From positions 1 through 64,000 of the IMG/VR virus record IMGVR_UViG_3300037067_015039: DNA of 64,000 bases; one strand, 5' to 3'. Under the pieces are notes generated by a model, which had not been told where the DNA came from, searched no databases, and saw nothing but the letters and a program-made list of their open reading frames with translations. Positions 11,724 to 22,128 of this stretch are shown here, piece by piece. Positions within the stretch are counted from its first letter, which is position 1. Every line of letters begins with the position of its first letter. Source of the DNA: a virus. Taxonomy: Duplodnaviria > Caudoviricetes. Position numbers and translations under genes: made by a program.

Positions 11724-12080
11724 TTAAGTGGTCCTTGTTACTTCCGGCAACACAATCAGTCGACCGGATGCTATCGTATAAATATTCCCCTGGGAATCCC
11801 TGATCTGCGCATCCCAAACTAATATCGTTTTCACATTGGCTACCGTTAAAGTGTCTGCGCTTGCGATTGTCACCTGAGCAATTCCTTGAGTTGGGTTGGT
11901 AATAACAATCCCACCATTTAATGTTGACTTCTGAAAGACGGCAGCCGCATCTAGATCTGAATATTGATTCTTTGCCGTAAACCAGATAGAACTTCCGGTG
12001 AGATTATAAATTGCTCCTCCCGACGTAACCGCCAGGTTTATTTTTACGGTATCGCTGCGGTATATCGTTAGGTCTGACAT
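11724..12080 (-). CDS. BppU-N-like Ig-fold virion protein
   Basis: LTIYRSDT..INL...YNLTG...FTAK...WDAQI...TIASG.L.V.PEVT pattern. Confidence 0.7.
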   Translation of the reverse strand: MSDLTIYRSDTVKINLAVTSGGAIYNLTGSSIWFTAKNQYSDLDAAAVFQKSTLNGGIVITNPTQGIAQVTIASADTLTVANVKTILVWDAQIRDSQGNIYTIASGRLIVLPEVTRTT

Positions 12081-12087
12081 TTCTTCC

Positions 12088-12399
12088 TCACTGAGCGCAT
12101 CTTACGGTCGCTATAGGTGAAGCCACCTTGGTTACAGCGGCCTGTGGTACGCAATAAAGATTTGTGGTCGAACTGCAAGTTACAATTGCTCCCGCACCTC
12201 CTTGGTCGTCAGGAGTCACTTGAATAATATATCGCTGGAGAATAAAACCAACTTCATATGTTGTCTCAATAGTGGATTGCGGCCCTACTCCAATAACAAA
12301 GGGCAGCGGTGCATTCCTATCGGTTTGTCCTGTAGCAATAGGGTCTACTGGAAAGACTCTGTTAGGATTAGGGATTGGGAATATGCGGCCGATTGTCAT
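12088..12399 (-). CDS. Hypothetical virion protein
   Basis: Coupled ORF within the structural operon. Confidence 0.55.
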   Translation of the reverse strand: MTIGRIFPIPNPNRVFPVDPIATGQTDRNAPLPFVIGVGPQSTIETTYEVGFILQRYIIQVTPDDQGGAGAIVTCSSTTNLYCVPQAAVTKVASPIATVRCAQ

Positions 12400-14621
12400 T
12401 AAATTGCATCTCCAATGATTAGCCCTTTATTCACAGAGAAAGTGCTTAAAGTTCCAGTATGCCCGGTCATTCTGTTGTTTTGGCAGAAAACTATGACTGG
12501 TTTCAATCCACTTACTATGCCTCCTGGAACATAAGTATTCATTGTCGTGTAAGCGATCGGCGTCCATGACGCTCCACTATCGACACTATATTCGAAAGTG
12601 TAAAAACCAAAAACCTTTTCAGTTGGTGACTCTTGAATTGTTAATCTTAAATCAAGAGTAAAAGGGGAAGCAGGCATGGCAATGGTTGTTAAAATATTAG
12701 GCTCAAACATAATGGCCCCACCGTTTTGAATCTCAACTTCCCCAATCTCAAGCTTCATTCCACTGTCATATGTAGCTCTTGCCGCAATGCCTCGCATAGT
12801 GTGCTGTGACCCACTAGCCCCATTAATTGAAGATATAGTTTCCATAAACAAACAAAGGCTGGTAGTCGTATTTTCGTGGGTTCCATCATCATCAAGTGTA
12901 AGAGCTGTAAATCCTGCCGTAACTTGGATTAATCCTGCCTCATCTGGAACAATCCTCGATCTATGCGCAACTCCCCAGAATCCATATTTATTGGTCCCGG
13001 TCGCCAATGGGGTTGTAAAGGTCAAAGTGCCGTTCGCATTAAGAGTGAGAGTTCCTTGCGTTCCTCCTATTAACCGGACCCACCATTTCGGATCCGTAAA
13101 AGAGGTATAATCGGTCGGGCCAAGTAAGCCATCGCCTCCAATGTAACCAGTGCTATGAGCATTGCTATTGTCGTTTCGGCTATAAGCGTTCTCAAACCAA
13201 ACCCTGGCCTCAACCTGGGTTACGGCTGCTGGAACGGAGATTGGAGCACTAACAAATTCTCTCGAGGAGACATCATTAAGAAATCCTTCCGGAGAAAAAT
13301 CGAAAAAAGTCGGCGCCCAAAACCCTCCATTAGGCTGAGCCCCGAGAAATCCTTCGGTGATCCATGCCCAAGGCGCTTTAACAATCTTCAACCTTACCTG
13401 ATCGTAAACCCCACCACCCGTGTGGGCATTCAGTAGGGGGCGCCATTTCCCGACTACTGTCATATTCACGCCGGAGATAGATTTAACGACAAGCCATTGG
13501 CATTTAGAAAGGGTCCAAGTTCCATTTCCGAGAACGTCGACGAGAACTAAATCACCTATGGCCGCAGTCCCCCACGCCGCAGGAGTGACGAATTGGAGGG
13601 TTGCAGGATCATATTGATGATTTGCGCCTGACCCATCGTAATGGGTTTCAGCCGCGCCGGCATTAGCATCCAGTTCACGCCAACTCCCAGTTGAAGCGTC
13701 TTTAACCTGGACGCACCAATATTGAATCACATTGCCATTTGTCGCCGGCCGGGTTACGTGAGCAATATAAGTCCCAGATATTGGCCCCTTCTCGAGTGTT
13801 ACAGCCCATCCTGAAGGAGCGCCAGTATCATAAGTCGTATTTGTGACACAGGTCTGTGAGACTGTCTGAGGAGTTAAATTTCCATCTGTCCAACGAGACC
13901 ATCCAGATACATTGTGGAGTTTCCAGACGAAATACCAAGTCCCTTGAGCGGAACTCGTCCATTGATAAAGAGCGCCTTCTTGATTAGCTACTATCCCCGT
14001 AACGATGAGTTTAGTGGTCCCATCATGAGCAAAAGTACCCCCTTCCGCGGCCGTCCGTAAATCCTCAAATTCCGGAAGTGCATCGCCAGGGGCAACCAGC
14101 ATTGCTCGAAATTCAGCTTCATCTATTCCAACTGAATTTTTACCAGCCAATACCGTCGCTGTAATATCAAGACCTCTAGCGATCGATTGAGCCACAAGCA
14201 TATCTGGGGAAGATTGGACGTTAGCTGAAAACGCCGATACTGCATAGGTAATCTCAATTGCATAAGTCTGAGCGGCCACATCATTATTTGTTAATCTACA
14301 AAAAAGGCTGAGTGCGGAAGTGGTGTCATAATAACGGGCAACAAAGCCCTCGTTCCGTTCTGCATATGATCCAGCATTATCTTCTACCGGATCATAAAAG
14401 ACTGCACCAGCGAAAGCTCCTGAATCATAAAGAATCTCCGCAGGGAGCCTGGTGGAATTAGAAAATATTTGTAATTTGCTTGTAGTCCCTCCACCAGAGG
14501 GAGTGATTTTTATCTTAAAAATATCAATAAAATTATTAGTAAGAGTCCGGGCAAAATCGAGCACCCCTCCGCTACCAGCAACGGATGCTGATGTAAAAGA
14601 ATCGACAAGATACCTGCCCAT
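12399..14621 (-). CDS. Large beta-rich virion protein, paralog 3 of 3
   Basis: Shares RTxAEGGT, GWSxWxDGN, GDLVLVDV, KAPWxW and EARVWFxN motifs with the two upstream genes. Confidence 0.7.
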   Translation of the reverse strand: MGRYLVDSFTSASVAGSGGVLDFARTLTNNFIDIFKIKITPSGGGTTSKLQIFSNSTRLPAEILYDSGAFAGAVFYDPVEDNAGSYAERNEGFVARYYDTTSALSLFCRLTNNDVAAQTYAIEITYAVSAFSANVQSSPDMLVAQSIARGLDITATVLAGKNSVGIDEAEFRAMLVAPGDALPEFEDLRTAAEGGTFAHDGTTKLIVTGIVANQEGALYQWTSSAQGTWYFVWKLHNVSGWSRWTDGNLTPQTVSQTCVTNTTYDTGAPSGWAVTLEKGPISGTYIAHVTRPATNGNVIQYWCVQVKDASTGSWRELDANAGAAETHYDGSGANHQYDPATLQFVTPAAWGTAAIGDLVLVDVLGNGTWTLSKCQWLVVKSISGVNMTVVGKWRPLLNAHTGGGVYDQVRLKIVKAPWAWITEGFLGAQPNGGFWAPTFFDFSPEGFLNDVSSREFVSAPISVPAAVTQVEARVWFENAYSRNDNSNAHSTGYIGGDGLLGPTDYTSFTDPKWWVRLIGGTQGTLTLNANGTLTFTTPLATGTNKYGFWGVAHRSRIVPDEAGLIQVTAGFTALTLDDDGTHENTTTSLCLFMETISSINGASGSQHTMRGIAARATYDSGMKLEIGEVEIQNGGAIMFEPNILTTIAMPASPFTLDLRLTIQESPTEKVFGFYTFEYSVDSGASWTPIAYTTMNTYVPGGIVSGLKPVIVFCQNNRMTGHTGTLSTFSVNKGLIIGDAI

Positions 14622-16838
14622 TTAAAATACCTCTCCGAGGCCAGTAATAATTTCAACTTCAGTTAAAGTGGCCGTTGCTCCGTTGAGTCGGCAATTGCCA
14701 ACCCATCCAATAAACATATCTGCCCCTTTATAAGAAGGACTATAAATCCGGCCAATCAAACCATAAGTACTCGACAAATAAACTCCAGCACCACCAACCC
14801 GCCATTCTATTTTCTGTTCGGAAAAAATTCCAGAAGCCGGCCAAGCGCCCCAATTGCCAATAATCTCAATTGTTGATCCAGGAACAGGACGAGCTACGGA
14901 AGTGCTGGTGTAGGCATTGTATCCCTTAGAGTAAGGGTCTGCGAGGTTACCACCTATACCCGCATCGTAAGATTTACCAATAGAAGTCGACCCACCCATT
15001 TTCACATTAGCGTTTGTGCCAATTATAAAAAGCGCTAATGGCCACATGTCTCCGTAACCGCTATATCCATCAGTAAGCCAAATACCTAAACTAAGCTTAT
15101 CAGCGGCTGCCAAACCAACAGGCAAAGTCACATTGGTAAATTTAGCACGGACCCTAATAGTAAAATCTGGGGCGGGATACATCCTAAACCTACCCCTAAC
15201 TCCGGAAATCCCGGCATGACTACTTTCCGAGGCTCCAGCAACAGACATTACGGCGGTGCCATTAGAGAATGTGAGAGTCCCATAATTTGCAGGAGGATAT
15301 ATTGGAACCCAAAGCGAACGGTCGCTAAAGTCTTTCATTATTCCTGGAATTATTATTGCCGGGCCTGCGGTCCCCTGAGTGTAAACGCTATGGTTTAGGG
15401 TATCATCTGATCTACTGTAACAATTCTCAAACCAAACCCTGGCCTCAACCTGGGTAGTTCCAGCAGGGATTGCTATCGGAGCCGAAACAAATTGCTTTGT
15501 CGAATAATCCCCGGCAATCCATCCAATGCTTCCCCCTTCTTGATTTATATCAGATCCGGAATTATCTTCAGGCCAATAACCCGAACCAATCTGCGCTCCA
15601 AAATATCCATCAGTAGCCCAGGCCCAGGGGGCTTTGACAATTTTTATTCTAAGATCTGCTATCACTCCTCCACGAAGATTAGGCCCAATATATAGGCTTG
15701 TGGTCCCAAGATCATTTTCTCCAATAATAAACCACATGCAATAATTGGAATCAAAATTACCGCCTCTGACGTCGACGAGAACCAAATCCCCAATAACCGC
15801 AGTCCCCCAACCAGAAGTTGCTTTAGTAAGATATCCGGCTGCATAGGAATGAGAAACCAACGACCCATCATAGTGCGTTTCGGCCGCTCCGGCATTAGCA
15901 TCCAGAGTTCTCCAACTCCCAGTGGATACATCTTTTACCTGAACACACCAGGATAAAAGATTATTACCGTTAGTTCGTGGTCGACTGGCTCTAACAATGA
16001 CCGTATTTGCAGATGTCCCAGTCTCGAGTGCTATATCCCAATCCGCGGGTGGACCAGTGTCAGAGAAAGTCTGAGTGTCGACATACTGGACAACAAAAGA
16101 TGGCGTTTCGTTGCCATCTGTCCAAAGCGACCAGCCCACGGCATTCTTTAACCTGGCTGTTACATACCAGCGTCCTTGCGCGGCCGAAGCCCATGCCCAT
16201 TGAGCTCCTTCCGCAGTAGCTGTAACTACAAGCTGTAAATCTGTCGTTGCATTAGGAACCCACGTGCCTCCTTCTGCGACAGTCCTTAAATCCACATATC
16301 CAGAATAGTTTTTGTCGGCAACATATTTCGCCCGGAGTTCTGCTTGGATGCATCCGTCCTTAAAAGATTCTGCTGTGAGTCCAGCTAAAAGATTTAATCC
16401 ATTGCCGATTGAAAACAAGTAAAGCCCATCTGGAGATCCGAGAATTCCACTAAGATCAGTATTTAAAGCTTCATATTCAATGGTAATCGTATAGGTTTTC
16501 GCTGAAGTATGGTTATTTGTGATCCGCAAATGAAGTTGTAATGCTTCATCCACGTCATAGTAAGGCAGAAGTGGCCCTTCATTCAGTTCAGCACCGGCGC
16601 TTGTTTCCGGATCCACTGAGAGTACGCCTGTAAACGCAGCAGAAGTGTAGAGAATATCACCAAAGGATCTAGTCGCCTTCTTGAATATTTGTAAAACATT
16701 AGTTCCTGTGCCAACACTTGGGACAATCTTAATTTTTGCGATATCAATGGAATTGACAGGGATTACCCTCTCGATATCTAGATTTGATGTCGCGGGAACA
16801 GACGCTGTTATAAAAGTGTCAGTCGTATATCGAGTCAT
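14622..16838 (-). CDS. Large beta-rich virion protein, paralog 2 of 3
   Basis: Same motif series as its neighbours. Confidence 0.7.
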   Translation of the reverse strand: MTRYTTDTFITASVPATSNLDIERVIPVNSIDIAKIKIVPSVGTGTNVLQIFKKATRSFGDILYTSAAFTGVLSVDPETSAGAELNEGPLLPYYDVDEALQLHLRITNNHTSAKTYTITIEYEALNTDLSGILGSPDGLYLFSIGNGLNLLAGLTAESFKDGCIQAELRAKYVADKNYSGYVDLRTVAEGGTWVPNATTDLQLVVTATAEGAQWAWASAAQGRWYVTARLKNAVGWSLWTDGNETPSFVVQYVDTQTFSDTGPPADWDIALETGTSANTVIVRASRPRTNGNNLLSWCVQVKDVSTGSWRTLDANAGAAETHYDGSLVSHSYAAGYLTKATSGWGTAVIGDLVLVDVRGGNFDSNYCMWFIIGENDLGTTSLYIGPNLRGGVIADLRIKIVKAPWAWATDGYFGAQIGSGYWPEDNSGSDINQEGGSIGWIAGDYSTKQFVSAPIAIPAGTTQVEARVWFENCYSRSDDTLNHSVYTQGTAGPAIIIPGIMKDFSDRSLWVPIYPPANYGTLTFSNGTAVMSVAGASESSHAGISGVRGRFRMYPAPDFTIRVRAKFTNVTLPVGLAAADKLSLGIWLTDGYSGYGDMWPLALFIIGTNANVKMGGSTSIGKSYDAGIGGNLADPYSKGYNAYTSTSVARPVPGSTIEIIGNWGAWPASGIFSEQKIEWRVGGAGVYLSSTYGLIGRIYSPSYKGADMFIGWVGNCRLNGATATLTEVEIITGLGEVF

Positions 16839-19144
16839 TTTGATTTAATCTTAAATAAATAATATGTTCGAGTCGGTTTATTCGATGGAGGTCTGGGAAC
16901 AAATGGAGTGTAACCTGCACTCGTATCCGGGTTCCCACTTCCTTGAATTCTATTCTGAGCGATAGTGCCTTGAATTACTTCAATTTCACTCAGCGTTGCT
17001 CCCCATGGGGGTGGATACGCCCCCACCGTCGCAGCATATGAACCACACGCCAGGCCGATAAAAAATTCTGCGCCAGCCATTGCCTGACTAAGGAATCTCC
17101 CATCGTCTACTGCTGGTGGGCTTATATATGCTCCCCCATTTAGAGAATATTGAGATAAAATATGGCTATAGGCGTATGAGACACTAGCTTTTTCTCCAAA
17201 TCCCATTACAAGATCGACAGTATACCCAGGAGCTGGCCTTGTGATATCGAGGTAATAAGTAGAATCTCCAATACCGAGATACCCATCCATGGCCGTAAAA
17301 CGACCTTGATCAAACCTTATAGGTAAATTAGTCCCACGATTTTTCCATTGGACGCAGGCAGGATCAAATATACGATACCAATCACCTTTTCTAAAAATAC
17401 ACCCAATACAAAGAGCGTAGTCATGAACTGATGTTGCTCCAACAGGGAGAGTGACATTTGTAAATCTTGCTCTGATCTTTATTATCCCAGAAGCGTCAGG
17501 ATAAAGCAGGAACCGTGTTTTTACTCCCCAGATACAGCCTAAATTTTTATAGGCAGGTTGCGGGTCAACTCCTGCAATTACGCATTGTCCGGCCGCATTA
17601 AAGGATACAGTCGCAAAATCTCCCTTCCCATAAACAGGGATAAACCAGTTGGGATCATTAATATTTATCCACTTGCGTACGCTCGGGAGTCCAACTAACC
17701 CAGTGCTATGTGTAAGGTTATTGTCAGATCGACAATATGGGTTCGAAAACCAGACCCTGGCTTCCGGGTTAGTAACGGTATTAGGGATGGTCATTGCGGC
17801 AGAGACAAACTCTTTTGTTGATTTATCTCCGTAGTAATCCAATTGGTTTTGATTTGGGTTTGGCCAAAAGCCCTTCCCGGCCGTACCCCCAAGATATCCC
17901 CCGGCCGTCCAATTCCAAGGAGCTTTTATAATTACGATTCTCAAATCCGAAGTTACTTGAAGATCCAGATAATCACTTAAATAGATTGTATTGCCAGAAA
18001 CCAAAGAGATCCTTGCCCATTGGCAATATTGTTCATCCCAAGTTCCCCCGCGAACGTCGACGAGAACTAAATCACCTATGGCCGCAGTCCCCCATCCAGA
18101 GAGTGATGTGTCAATAAGGGCCTTATTATTCCCAGATAAACTATAGCTTATAGCCCGACCATCTAATTTCATATGGTCTACGTCAGAACCTTCAAATAAT
18201 GTTTTCCATGTACCAGTACCCGCATCAAGAAGCTGAACTGCAAAGAAATCAATTTGGTTCGCATAATAATCAGGTCTAGGCGCCCGGCAAACGACCGTGT
18301 TTGATGCAGGACCATATTCAAGAGTTACCGACCAACTTGAAGGGGGCGCCGCATCAACAGTGGTTCCCGTTCTGAAAAAGCTCCTAACGTCCGATGGCGT
18401 TTCATTCCCATCCGACCAGAGCGACCAGCCATAAGTATTATGCAGTTTCCAGGTAAAGAACCATGTCCCTACGGTGGCGTCAGTCCAGATGTTTTGGGCG
18501 CCGTTCATGTCAGCATAAACGCCTGTGAAAATTAATTGAGTAGTCCCATTGTCAACAAAAGTTCCACCTTCGGCAACCGTTCGCATATCATACGCGCCGG
18601 CAACCGGGGATCCGGCCGCAATAAACTTAGCCCGAAATTCCGCATCGTCGATCGTTGCAATATTATTCAAAGCAAAAACTGAAGATTTCTGGATAGACCC
18701 AAACGAAGCCCCAACTGCCGTTAGCCCGGAAGGAACGCCGGAGACCAGATCTGAACCTTGAACGTGGGTGTCATAGGTGATCGTGACAGTGTAAATCACC
18801 TGGGCGGAATGTCCATTAATAATTTTAAAATATATAGCATTCGTCAATTGCTTATCTTCATAAGCGCAGACAAACCCTTCATTCCGTTCAATCGGAGCAA
18901 CTCCATCGTCTTCCACGGGATCCACTAAGTAGCCAGTGAATTGTTTTGTGGCATAGACAATATCCGCAGCCGCATAAGTGAGATCTTTATAAATAAAGAA
19001 TTCCGTTGGGGCCACAATCAGTGAAGGAGCGACCTTTATTTTAACAATATTACACGCGCTCACACTGATAGCTTGGGCAAAAGTATCGGTTACACCAGCC
19101 GCGATTGTCCTCTGGAATATCAGGGTCGAATATCTGTTTACCAT
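16835..19144 (-). CDS. Large beta-rich virion protein, paralog 1 of 3
   Basis: Same motif series as its neighbours. Confidence 0.7.
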   Translation of the reverse strand: MVNRYSTLIFQRTIAAGVTDTFAQAISVSACNIVKIKVAPSLIVAPTEFFIYKDLTYAAADIVYATKQFTGYLVDPVEDDGVAPIERNEGFVCAYEDKQLTNAIYFKIINGHSAQVIYTVTITYDTHVQGSDLVSGVPSGLTAVGASFGSIQKSSVFALNNIATIDDAEFRAKFIAAGSPVAGAYDMRTVAEGGTFVDNGTTQLIFTGVYADMNGAQNIWTDATVGTWFFTWKLHNTYGWSLWSDGNETPSDVRSFFRTGTTVDAAPPSSWSVTLEYGPASNTVVCRAPRPDYYANQIDFFAVQLLDAGTGTWKTLFEGSDVDHMKLDGRAISYSLSGNNKALIDTSLSGWGTAAIGDLVLVDVRGGTWDEQYCQWARISLVSGNTIYLSDYLDLQVTSDLRIVIIKAPWNWTAGGYLGGTAGKGFWPNPNQNQLDYYGDKSTKEFVSAAMTIPNTVTNPEARVWFSNPYCRSDNNLTHSTGLVGLPSVRKWININDPNWFIPVYGKGDFATVSFNAAGQCVIAGVDPQPAYKNLGCIWGVKTRFLLYPDASGIIKIRARFTNVTLPVGATSVHDYALCIGCIFRKGDWYRIFDPACVQWKNRGTNLPIRFDQGRFTAMDGYLGIGDSTYYLDITRPAPGYTVDLVMGFGEKASVSYAYSHILSQYSLNGGAYISPPAVDDGRFLSQAMAGAEFFIGLACGSYAATVGAYPPPWGATLSEIEVIQGTIAQNRIQGSGNPDTSAGYTPFVPRPPSNKPTRTYYLFKIKSK

Positions 19145-19534
19145 CTACAAACACCGCGCCTCTTGTAATTTGAAAATGAAATTAAGCATTGCGCCGGCAG
19201 ACAAAGTATAAGGGGTTGCCGAATCCTCATGCACAAGCAAATTGCCAGCTACGGGTGCATCAAAGAGTCCCCAATTAGTTATGCTCAAAGCAGCGAGAGC
19301 CGTAAGCGCTCCTGAGAGTTGCCAGGTGTCATTAGCGACACCAACCGTCACAATGGAGCTTACGCCGACCGCACGAGCATATCCGGGAGTCGCATCTTCA
19401 GTGAAAAGAGTTGTGTCACTTACCGCAGCCGTACCAGCGCCCGTTCCCCAACCAATATAGACAGGTTCAGTACCTAGCCCCTTGATTCTATTTGCAAGAA
19501 TCTCTAAACCCTTGTCCGTTATTACAAAGGCCAT
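19145..19534 (-). CDS. Structural protein (tail-fibre N-terminal-like domain)
   Basis: ITDKG...YIGWGTG...SDTTL.TE...ITNWGLFDA...GNLL pattern. Confidence 0.7.
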   Translation of the reverse strand: MAFVITDKGLEILANRIKGLGTEPVYIGWGTGAGTAAVSDTTLFTEDATPGYARAVGVSSIVTVGVANDTWQLSGALTALAALSITNWGLFDAPVAGNLLVHEDSATPYTLSAGAMLNFIFKLQEARCL

Positions 19535-19543
19535 GATTCCCCC

Positions 19544-19846
19544 TTAAAACTCTTCATACGCGCCTTGGATGCCATCGGTAGCGCCGCCAATAATATACAG
19601 AGAGGATAAATCCATGCCATTCCCATAATCACCAGTAAGGTGAAGAGGAATCATGGGGGTTGTGGCAACGGCTGGTGGTATTATCTCAAGTCCATTGTCG
19701 GAACTTACAGTGGCGCCGCCAAGATAAAGAGTCCCCTTGTTTGCTCTTTTAGGGTTAATTAGGATCTGTTTTGCCTTTTGTGAAGTGTTAGATATTGGTT
19801 CGGCGGTTATCCCGGCCAATACCTTACTGAAATTTTTCCAAGCCAT
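19544..19846 (-). CDS. Small structural protein
   Basis: ANKGTLYLGGATVSSDNGLEI beta-rich motif; AGGAG RBS. Confidence 0.6.
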   Translation of the reverse strand: MAWKNFSKVLAGITAEPISNTSQKAKQILINPKRANKGTLYLGGATVSSDNGLEIIPPAVATTPMIPLHLTGDYGNGMDLSSLYIIGGATDGIQGAYEEF

Positions 19847-19856
19847 CTTGATCTCC

Positions 19857-20099
19857 TTAATATCCTTGTCTGGTTTTCATGTCACTGGTAGAAGGAAGAT
19901 CATCGGTATCGAGATCAAATGGAGTAATAAACTGTCCACCGGCCTTCACTCCACAATCAGGAACCCTAAAAGCCATTGCCGGATCATCAACGGATCTCCC
20001 ATCCGGTATCTTGTGACCTGTTGGCGCCTGGTTGAATGTTGGGCATGGGCGCTGTGAATCTTCTGGAATTTCTTTGCGAGTCATAAATCCTCCACACAT
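19857..20099 (-). CDS. Hypothetical protein
   Basis: Likely start at 20084 (MTRKE, GGAGG RBS); preceded by an N9 promoter-like site. Confidence 0.55.
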   Translation of the reverse strand: MCGGFMTRKEIPEDSQRPCPTFNQAPTGHKIPDGRSVDDPAMAFRVPDCGVKAGGQFITPFDLDTDDLPSTSDMKTRQGY

Positions 20100-20768
20100 C
20101 TATCTTACGTTATCGCTGTCAAGCCTGCCGTTAAGACTCAACTTTAAAAAATCTGTTTCCCCGATCGGATGAGCCATACCCATTTGCTTCACGATCAGAC
20201 TGGTGTCACACCAGACCTGGAATCCTTTTTTGATAGCCCTCATGCAAAAGTGAAGATCGGCGCCTCGAGTCGAATTCTCTGGATAGAAGAAATAGGGTGC
20301 TCCAATAGCTTCAATTACTTCACGCTTTATCAGTATGACGCCCGTTCCCACACCACCATCGACCTGGAACAATTCATTATGGGGATAATCAAGAATCGGA
20401 TGAGGTTCTCCATCACCATTGACGTTGAATACTAAGGGATCGAAGTTCCCGGACGATCGAAAGAACAGCGGCGCAATTATGTCCTTATCTCTTGCCAGAA
20501 GCTTCCCAATGATGTCAGGAGGGCAAAGAAGCATATCGTCGTCGGCAAAGAGCAAATGAGTCGCCCCACCCTTCAGGGCAGCCTCACAGGAGATATTTCG
20601 GACCTTCGGCGTCGATACTTTAGGCCCACCAATCAGCCAGCGGACAGAGTATTCTCCACGAGCCTCAGCCCGGCCGGATTCTTGTGAAACAAGGAGAAAA
20701 TTCATTAATGGCTCTGGATCCATTGCATGGTAACAAGGAACTGAAGCCAGTATCTTTACAGTTGACAA
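20100..20768 (-). CDS. GT-A fold glycosyltransferase (GT2-like)
   Basis: THLLFADDDM (DxD motif), GTGVILIKREV and GADLHFC...GFQVWCDT motifs. Confidence 0.85.
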   Translation of the reverse strand: MSTVKILASVPCYHAMDPEPLMNFLLVSQESGRAEARGEYSVRWLIGGPKVSTPKVRNISCEAALKGGATHLLFADDDMLLCPPDIIGKLLARDKDIIAPLFFRSSGNFDPLVFNVNGDGEPHPILDYPHNELFQVDGGVGTGVILIKREVIEAIGAPYFFYPENSTRGADLHFCMRAIKKGFQVWCDTSLIVKQMGMAHPIGETDFLKLSLNGRLDSDNVR

Positions 20769-20861
20769 GTTACGTCTCCGATATTATTATAGAGGCAATT
20801 GAACATCTTAAAATCGTAACATAAGATATTGCATATAAGTCCATGTAAGCTGTTGATTCTA

Positions 20862-22073
20862 TTACACATAACCAAAGACAGAATCCACATCATGTGCTTG
20901 CCAATAATTTGCGCCGTGCTGTGTGAATGGATAACGGCTGTATGCCCATTGTAAATTCTGCATATATATGGAATCATCTGCCAGCATGGCGGCCGCCAAG
21001 TCCTCTTGATATTGATTGAAAAATTCACGGGCTACTGCCGGGTCATAATACGGGCTCTTGGGATTCCATTTGAGAACATCTGCCAAGGCGCCATTCACTA
21101 ATAAATGGCTTGGGATAGCAGGTGGAGGAGTATCCTCTGGTTCCGTCAAATTAGGGGGCGTCCGGTATGCAATGTAAGGGAATCCTTGTTCCATTGAAGG
21201 AGAAGGATAAAGTTCGTATTGAAATCTTCCGATTTCATCTGGAACAAAATCCGCCAGCATATAGACAAACCCGGTTGTTTGCCTCCAGGTGTCATAGGTG
21301 TTGAGGACTTCTTGAGGCATATTCAATCTCAGGCGCCAACCCTGTTTGTTGTTGACGACGCTCCAGACCATCCTCAGATTTTGCTCAAGAGTGACATACG
21401 CTTTCATAATCTGGTAAGCGGATGTCAGAAAATTGGCATGGCCCCAGGCTAAATCCAATTTCAGATAAAGAGAATTGACGAGCGGATCCAGAGAAGAGGG
21501 AGCGGTATAAACTCCGATAATTCCATAAAAACTTGTGGTAGTTCCCACCCGGAACTGCCGGCGCACCAAAGAACTCTTGGTGATAGTCTCGCCTGCGTCA
21601 TGCGTAGCGGTAGGCTTCGCTTTAAAACTGTTTGTTCCCACGGATATGACCAGCATAAATTCCGGGGTGCCAGTCTGGTCAAAGGTCAACCAGTCTCCGG
21701 CTTCAATCCCAACCATGCTTGTGGGATAGACATCCTGATATTCATTTGTGATTGTGATTGCCTGACTCAGTGTCGTATTAACGAGATCGTTAGTCGGCCA
21801 GACGGTTAAAATTCCTTCAACCCCATCGGACCCTTGAACGACATTCACTGATCCTGTGGTATAGACAGCCGGGACAATAATCTGACCACGCACAAGCAGA
21901 CCTGCCCACATGCGCTTATCAAGAACTTCGCGCAAACGAGTATTGATTCGTCTTTTGGCTAATTGAGGAGGGCAATCAGGATTATATGTGAGGACGTGAT
22001 TAACCATGTCCTCAAAGTTCTCCTGTACCGCCCCTGCACCAGCATAGGGCTGGATCGGACCAACAACGGACAT
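20862..22073 (-). CDS. Head-completion/adaptor-type virion protein with an internal beta domain
   Basis: N-terminal helices, YTTGSVNV beta region, C-terminal ELYPSP...PEDTP...LLVNGALAD adaptor motif. Confidence 0.6.
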   Translation of the reverse strand: MSVVGPIQPYAGAGAVQENFEDMVNHVLTYNPDCPPQLAKRRINTRLREVLDKRMWAGLLVRGQIIVPAVYTTGSVNVVQGSDGVEGILTVWPTNDLVNTTLSQAITITNEYQDVYPTSMVGIEAGDWLTFDQTGTPEFMLVISVGTNSFKAKPTATHDAGETITKSSLVRRQFRVGTTTSFYGIIGVYTAPSSLDPLVNSLYLKLDLAWGHANFLTSAYQIMKAYVTLEQNLRMVWSVVNNKQGWRLRLNMPQEVLNTYDTWRQTTGFVYMLADFVPDEIGRFQYELYPSPSMEQGFPYIAYRTPPNLTEPEDTPPPAIPSHLLVNGALADVLKWNPKSPYYDPAVAREFFNQYQEDLAAAMLADDSIYMQNLQWAYSRYPFTQHGANYWQAHDVDSVFGYV

Positions 22074-22092
22074 GGTGAACCCCCGGCGAGAT

Positions 22093-22128
22093 AGGGTCCT
22101 CGTAATTTCCGAGGACCCTTATTCTTTA
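22093..22128. terminator. Hairpin after the capsid-decoration genes
   Basis: AGGGTCCTCG/CGAGGACCCT 10-bp stem; T-rich tail only on the + strand. Confidence 0.55.

Noticed and set aside
12500-12511. GTTTCAATCCAC, a partial match to the CRISPR repeat
   Set aside because: Only 12 nt, inside a coding sequence, with no hairpin or GCGAC end.
12399-19144. Diversity-generating retroelement or invertible tail-fibre cassette
   Set aside because: No reverse transcriptase or invertase in the window, no adenine-specific TR/VR pair, and the repeats are direct and short.
20781-20860. CATGTAAGC near 20842 resembling the Y-unit motif
   Set aside because: No closing stem and no AAGTCG partner motif.
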